In this document: one piece after another, positions 58,775 through 64,000 of the stretch
How the letters are laid out: each line of letters begins with the position of its first letter
How positions within the stretch are numbered: the first letter of the stretch is position 1
DNA from: a virus
IMG/VR virus record: IMGVR_UViG_3300049460_000371
Location: 23,354-87,353 of that record
Length of the DNA: 64,000 bases
Reading direction: 5' to 3' (one strand)
Position numbers and translations under genes: made by a program
Notes under the pieces: model-generated
The model's database searches: none
Told to the model about the DNA's origin: nothing
What the model saw: only the letters and a program-made list of their open reading frames with translations

Positions 58775-59190
58775 AAATTCAGTTGATTGTTCACTCATAT
58801 GAACGTATCCTATGATTTTTCATGGAAGTACATATGAGTGAACGCCCACCAGAAACTGCGCAGGAAACCGCAACACGCCAAGCAGCTGAAGCCACTTTGG
58901 CTAAATTGCCTCTTAGGCTGAAAGGGCTGTTGGAGCGCTTCCGCGAGCAAGGCAAAGTTCCCATCTCCATCCTCTACCCTGAAACCAAAGCTCAAGCTCT
59001 CAAAGAGCTTGAAGAGCTGCGGAGTCACGGCATCCTTAGCCTCATCGACGAAGTCTACGAATTCACCGAAGACGGCCAGCATGTCGCTGTGGCTAACCTG
59101 AACGAAATCCTTTGCATCTATAATGCAAGCAACGACTAGTTGATCTCTTGTTCATTTGAGTCTATAATGACTTATCTAAACAAGGAGCTC

Positions 59191-59475
59191 ATGATGGCCA
59201 AGCAAAAAGTAAAACTGACCGTAACGCATGATCGTATGGCGGTTGTTGCCAAGTTTGAAAATGGCGACGAATACAAGGCCTCGGTCACGCGCACTGGCGA
59301 CCGTTTCTCGCTGGCTCAGCTTCCAGAAACCCCGACAGTCACCAAGGCCGAAGTTGAAAAGCTGAAGAAGCTCTTTGCTTTCAAGGAAGGCGAAAAGAAT
59401 CAACAACGCTTCGATCGCATCGCCGCCGCTTGTGAAGCAGCCAACAGCATCAGCGAGCTGGCTGCAAACGCATGA
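59191..59475 (+). CDS. hypothetical protein
   Basis: AAGGAG RBS after promoter 59140-59168. Confidence 0.6.
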   Translation: MMAKQKVKLTVTHDRMAVVAKFENGDEYKASVTRTGDRFSLAQLPETPTVTKAEVEKLKKLFAFKEGEKNQQRFDRIAAACEAANSISELAANA

Positions 59476-59888
59476 TCACCTTCAAGTATCCCCATAGTAT
59501 TGCTATCAACCTGAATGCAGCTATGGGGATACTTGCGAGTGGCAATCATCAAGAAATAATGGATGATGGTTATGCAACCACCATCGTGGATCCTGGCAAG
59601 GACGACTATTTCCTGATGGGCTTCCAAAACGTGGATGATCACCGGGACGGCAACGGTATGTCGACTGTGGTCATTATTTCAGGGGCTGGCACGTTCTATC
59701 TGGACGGCGCGCCCCTGAGTGTTCAAGCCCACGATGTCATCCACTTTTCTGACCATATTGAACATGGGTTCTCGTCAGACGAACGGTGTCTCGCTGTTGT
59801 GATAACCTGGGACAAACACAAGCCCACCCACAGCGAAATTATCTCCCGCATTGAGCAACGGCTGCTCGACCTCAATCAAATTCTATAG
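59472..59888 (+). CDS. cupin domain protein
   Basis: DDHRD..IISGAGTF..HDVIHF..IEHGF. Confidence 0.65.
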   Translation: MITFKYPHSIAINLNAAMGILASGNHQEIMDDGYATTIVDPGKDDYFLMGFQNVDDHRDGNGMSTVVIISGAGTFYLDGAPLSVQAHDVIHFSDHIEHGFSSDERCLAVVITWDKHKPTHSEIISRIEQRLLDLNQIL

Positions 59889-59947
59889 TTGATTCTTTGT
59901 TCATTTGAACCTATAATAGGAACATGATGAACAGAGAAGGAAACGAA

Positions 59948-60235
59948 ATGGCCAAGACTGCAAAATTCAGCACCCGCAAAGCAGCTGATGCGATCTTCAA
60001 GATCATGAAGCAGATGGGCATCAAAACCCGGAAGCCAAGCAATGGCTCGTGGATCAACTACGAAAAAGACGAAGCGACCATCTGCCTGGGTTGTAATACG
60101 TTCTTTATTTCGGTTACTGAAGCTGGTGTGTCGTTTTACAGCCGTGCCGCTGTGTTTGGTGGTTGGAGTAAACGCACCAAGAGTTTTCGCTCGTTCAAAC
60201 AGCAAATGGGCCATGTTATGTTCTACATGAGCTAA
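59948..60235 (+). CDS. hypothetical protein
   Basis: after promoter 59889-59917. Confidence 0.55.
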   Translation: MAKTAKFSTRKAADAIFKIMKQMGIKTRKPSNGSWINYEKDEATICLGCNTFFISVTEAGVSFYSRAAVFGGWSKRTKSFRSFKQQMGHVMFYMS

Positions 60236-60293
60236 TCATCTGTAGACTTTTTGTTCATTTAACCCTATAATGTGATTTTTAAAGGAGGCTCAA

Positions 60294-60764
60294 ATGGCAG
60301 TCGTGAAATCCCGTAAGTTCGATGCAGCTCTGGCCGCAGCACTGGTGACCGATATTCAATTCGCGCTGGCTGGCGTCGCGCTGAAGTACAAAGTCGACCT
60401 GCTCGTTGGCGAAACGCCCAAGATCGGCGACCGCGAAGTCGTATTCGGCCTGACTGCCGAGATGCCGCGGTCCAGCATGATGTCGTATGCCGACGACGCC
60501 AAAGCATCCAAGGACGAACCGACCGACCGCATCGCCGCATTCATGGCGGCACTGCCGGATGCTCATGCCGAGCACTTCCCGCACCTGAGCTTGAAAATGC
60601 ACTACCGCAACGGTGAACACACCTACAAGATCGTGGGCTACAACAAACGCGCCCACAAGCATCCGCTGCTGATGCAAAATGTCGCCACCGACGAATACTT
60701 CCGCATGCCGATCGACCAGGTCTCGGAATTCAAGCGTGTGCGGGCTAAGGCTAAAAAAGCCTAA
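60294..60764 (+). CDS. hypothetical protein
   Basis: GGAGG RBS; terminator 60770-60793. Confidence 0.6.
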   Translation: MAVVKSRKFDAALAAALVTDIQFALAGVALKYKVDLLVGETPKIGDREVVFGLTAEMPRSSMMSYADDAKASKDEPTDRIAAFMAALPDAHAEHFPHLSLKMHYRNGEHTYKIVGYNKRAHKHPLLMQNVATDEYFRMPIDQVSEFKRVRAKAKKA

Positions 60765-61519
60765 TAAGGAGCCCGGCTAGTCCGGGCTTTTTTACGACTG
60801 TATGAACTGCAAAGTGCCATATTGTGCTTGATTATTCATTCAAATGAACTTACAATAAGATATCGATAACGTGGAGCAACAGATGAAGAAAAAGAAACTT
60901 GCAATCGTGGCTGAAGGTTTTCAAATGACCAATGCGGGCCCTCGTGGCCTCAGCAATGTAAAAACTCCTGCTGAGGTGGAAGCTGAACGTGTTAAACGCG
61001 AGGCTGACATCCTGGGCATGCTGAACCTGCAACTGGGTCAGGTTGAAAATACCCTGAAAAAGCCGTTCGATGCGGCCCCAAAGTTCGTCGTTGAAGTGGC
61101 GGACATCAACGGCGCGCTCAACTCCAACGTGATCGACGAAAACACACCAGAGCTGCTGGACGCCCCACAGAAGGAGGAATAATGATTTCCCACGTCGAGC
61201 ATGAAATTATCTCCCCGGTCGTCGAGGCAGCTTGCCAAGAACTGCTGGCATCCAGGCAACAAGCCTTTGTCGCGGTTCCTGACATGTCGGGGCGTATGGA
61301 TCCTGCCATGATGCGGGCAGCTATTGCGAGTATGCAACCACTCATTGTCGGCACTGGCTCTGCCATGCCTATGTTGAGCAATCAGCACACTGGCCACGGC
61401 GTCAAGCAGTGGACGACCAAACAGAACACCAGTAAAACCACGTACTCGCTCAAAGGCCGGAAAGCCAAACAGCGTCGTAATCGTAAGTAACACTGTACAC
61501 GAGCGTTCGTGTATAATGA

Positions 61520-61745
61520 TTATGTTGTCACGTGTCACAACAAGATGGAGCAACTGGGTCTTGGGCAACCTAGACATCTCGGCCATGGTTGACACTGATC
61601 AGGTGTAGCACCGATCAGACAACACCTCTATGCTGTGTTCACACGCCTACACGGGCGGGTCAAAGGGACGCCGTACCCCATGTGCGTAACTCTTCCCATG
61701 TGAACACAGCGCCCCAACAAGAAGCCACCGCAGGGTGGCTTTTTC
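61520..61745 (+). ncRNA. candidate standalone structured ncRNA
   Basis: TATAAT upstream, 12-bp stem GCTGTGTTCACA/TGTGAACACAGC, own terminator. Confidence 0.45.
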
Positions 61746-61809
61746 ATTTAGTGCTTGCAACCATGTTCAAATGAACCTATAATAGGGACATCTACACAAG
61801 GAGTTGAAC

Positions 61810-62499
61810 ATGCCAGCAGCTAAAGTCACAGACGCGCAAGTTAAAGCACATATCAACGCTTTCCTGTACTCTACCGAGATTTTCAAAGACGTAACTGGTC
61901 ATGCGGCTAAACTCGCCTGGGGTAACTTACGCGTCGTCAACCTGCTGGTATCCCGCGAGAAAGCAGCGGCTATCTACAGCGATCTGAAAAGCAAACTGAA
62001 CTTCAAGCCAATGGCCGGCGAAGCTGGTTACTTCCAGAACAAAGACCTGAACATCGAATTGATGATCTACCTCGCCAACAAAAAAGGCGACAAAGTGGGC
62101 CCAGCTCGTGCAGCTGACTACAAGGACGCCAGTCAGGAATATTTCCTGGTACAGGTGTTCCCTCAAAATATCGATGCGATCAACCAGCCAGTTGATCCTG
62201 CCGTCTTGGTGCTGCGTGGGCTGACTGACCTGGGTGGCGTAGTCAAACCGTTCGAAGACAAAAATTACACTGGCGCCGTGGTCGATTTTCCGAAAAGCTT
62301 GGCCGGCACCAACAGCGTTTACGGCGGCGTAGCTGACACACACATGGCCGCGCAACGTGCGGTAGTAGCACAAGTCGAATCATTGGCCGGCGTCGCACCA
62401 GGTACTTATAAATCGATCTACAAAGATTCGTTCAGCCTGGTAGGCTTCTACAACGCCAATCCAGGCACCCCAAAATGGTTCATTGTGCGTGGCAAGTAA
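61810..62499 (+). CDS. hypothetical protein
   Basis: AGGAG RBS after promoter 61755-61783. Confidence 0.65.
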   Translation: MPAAKVTDAQVKAHINAFLYSTEIFKDVTGHAAKLAWGNLRVVNLLVSREKAAAIYSDLKSKLNFKPMAGEAGYFQNKDLNIELMIYLANKKGDKVGPARAADYKDASQEYFLVQVFPQNIDAINQPVDPAVLVLRGLTDLGGVVKPFEDKNYTGAVVDFPKSLAGTNSVYGGVADTHMAAQRAVVAQVESLAGVAPGTYKSIYKDSFSLVGFYNANPGTPKWFIVRGK

Positions 62500-62830
62500 G
62501 CCAGTGTATAATGATATTTTGAACTGGGGCACCATATGAGCGATCTTTACGAACCACAACCACTGCGCTGCCGAACTGTACATTGGAACGACGATAAGCC
62601 AAAGGTGAAGATCGCCCTTAACCTCGCTCCAGAACACATGACCCATGACGTTCTCGTCGAAGTGGCGCGGGAATTGGATCGTCGGTTCATGCAGCTTCAC
62701 GATAAAGTCGTGTTCGAGCGCGATCATAATCTGGTGAACTACGGGCTGTTGAATCCTAAAACGCATTACAGCTGGGGTGAGCCGTATCAAACCATCTACG
62801 GCGACAATCATAATGTACTGGGAGGTCAAC

Positions 62831-63247
62831 ATGGCAAATAATCATCCAAACCACATCGCAGCTAACGAACGCCAACGTGCAATCAGGGCCGCTGAACGTG
62901 AAGCTATCCGAGTGTCGCGTCGAAACAAAAAACTGTTCTGGGTGTTCGTTATCATTGGGCTGGTGGGTTGGTTTATCCATACCTTCCAGTCAAGTGTCGC
63001 AGAACATGACGCCCAGCAAGCAGTGGCGATGGCAAAGTGGAACAAATGGGTCAAGTATCGTGATGCCAACTGCAAACAAGTCGAACAAATGAAGGGGCTG
63101 GTGGTCGGCCAAGGCAAGTTTGCCACGGTGGACAACGCCACGGTATGGGAATGCAATTCAGGCATGCGTTACCTGGTGGCCGATAGCACTGAATCGAATG
63201 TTATGGACAATCGTGGTCAGGTGCAATTCATCCCAGACGTCAAATAA
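62831..63247 (+). CDS. membrane protein
   Basis: GGAGG RBS, single TM. Confidence 0.55.
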   Translation: MANNHPNHIAANERQRAIRAAEREAIRVSRRNKKLFWVFVIIGLVGWFIHTFQSSVAEHDAQQAVAMAKWNKWVKYRDANCKQVEQMKGLVVGQGKFATVDNATVWECNSGMRYLVADSTESNVMDNRGQVQFIPDVK

Positions 63248-63261
63248 GCCAAGGACTTATC

Positions 63262-63504
63262 ATGCGCTATAGTGATCTGAATAAAAATCGTGTGCCAATT
63301 GGCAAAGCTGACGAGCTGGATCAGATGACCATTCGCTTCGAGGGGCATCTCTACTATCCCCTTTTCAAGACTGGCACACTGATTGGTGCAACCGGCACAG
63401 TTGAGGCGTATCGTATCCAAAGCGACAATCGCCGCGAGGATGGTAAACACGAGACAATCTGGGTGGACGCAGACCTGAATGTCTACCAAGATACTGTCAG
63501 CTAA
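63262..63504 (+). CDS. hypothetical protein
   Basis: AAGGA RBS. Confidence 0.5.
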   Translation: MRYSDLNKNRVPIGKADELDQMTIRFEGHLYYPLFKTGTLIGATGTVEAYRIQSDNRREDGKHETIWVDADLNVYQDTVS

Positions 63505-64000
63505 ATGGCGCCAATTGGTGTTACACTGTGGCAAATTGTCACGGAGTTACCATGGATTGGCGTACCACATTAGATCAACATTTCTCAAATCCCTGCTATG
63601 ACCCTAAGCCAACTGTTGAAGAACAGTTGACCGCTCATTTGAGCATGTTACAGCACGGCATTCAGCATGACGAAGCCATCAATGCCCAATACGAAATCAG
63701 AGATGGTATCGTGGGCTTTATTGGTGGTATGGCCAGCGGCGATCCACCTCGTTTATTCATTCCATTAATTGACATTGAGACCATATTGGGGGTAAAATCT
63801 CCGCCATGGATTTCGGCCGAAGAATTCCTGAATCAATATTTCCATAACTTTTAATCATGTTTAAATTGCTGTTTTCAACCGCCATTGCTACGGCGGTTTT
63901 CTGCTATATGGGTGGAGTTGAATATGTTGAAAATGGCATCGACCATGGTTTCCGCATACCATCTATTCCCAAACTAGCAGATCTACCAAAGCTTCCAGAT

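Noticed and set aside
1234-60793. AGCCCGG hairpin repeats as CRISPR, REP or mobile elements
   Set aside because: They are single dispersed hairpins with A/T tails at gene ends, so ordinary terminators; no repeat-spacer array was seen.
1-64000. Genome-wide UGA reassignment (alternative genetic code)
   Set aside because: Many intact genes end in TGA with ATGA coupling, and long genes are uninterrupted in code 11.

Overview
Segment of a large (jumbo-type) lytic phage genome. It has dense, short, mostly + strand hypothetical ORFs behind sigma70-like promoters and minus-strand tail-fibre-like late genes. Recognisable genes include NAD-dependent DNA ligase, HNH-RNA ligase, SleB and M23 hydrolases, a sirtuin, a Nudix hydrolase, type II NADH dehydrogenase, an OmpA-fused ABC transporter module, a TAXI receptor and two GIY-YIG homing endonucleases. 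A large tRNA array contains a minimal glycyl-tRNA synthetase. Main observation: the array (54504-58774) has 19 assignable tRNAs, all for Ser, Tyr, Glu, Gly or Cys. It is preceded by a 33-codon leader peptide (MFATSYSYCYYGSSSSSVSYGYESEEGSMGGKV) in which 25 of 33 residues are those same five amino acids. The leader overlaps a mutually exclusive antiterminator/terminator pair and is followed by a Nus boxA. This looks like a ribosome-mediated attenuator that switches on phage tRNA supply when those tRNAs run short. Second observation: an RF1-like release factor gene has an in-frame UGA at a Trp-equivalent position, and its 5' end appears to have been replaced by a recoded copy carried by an inserted homing endonuclease. 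All calls are from reading the sequence by eye; no searches were run.
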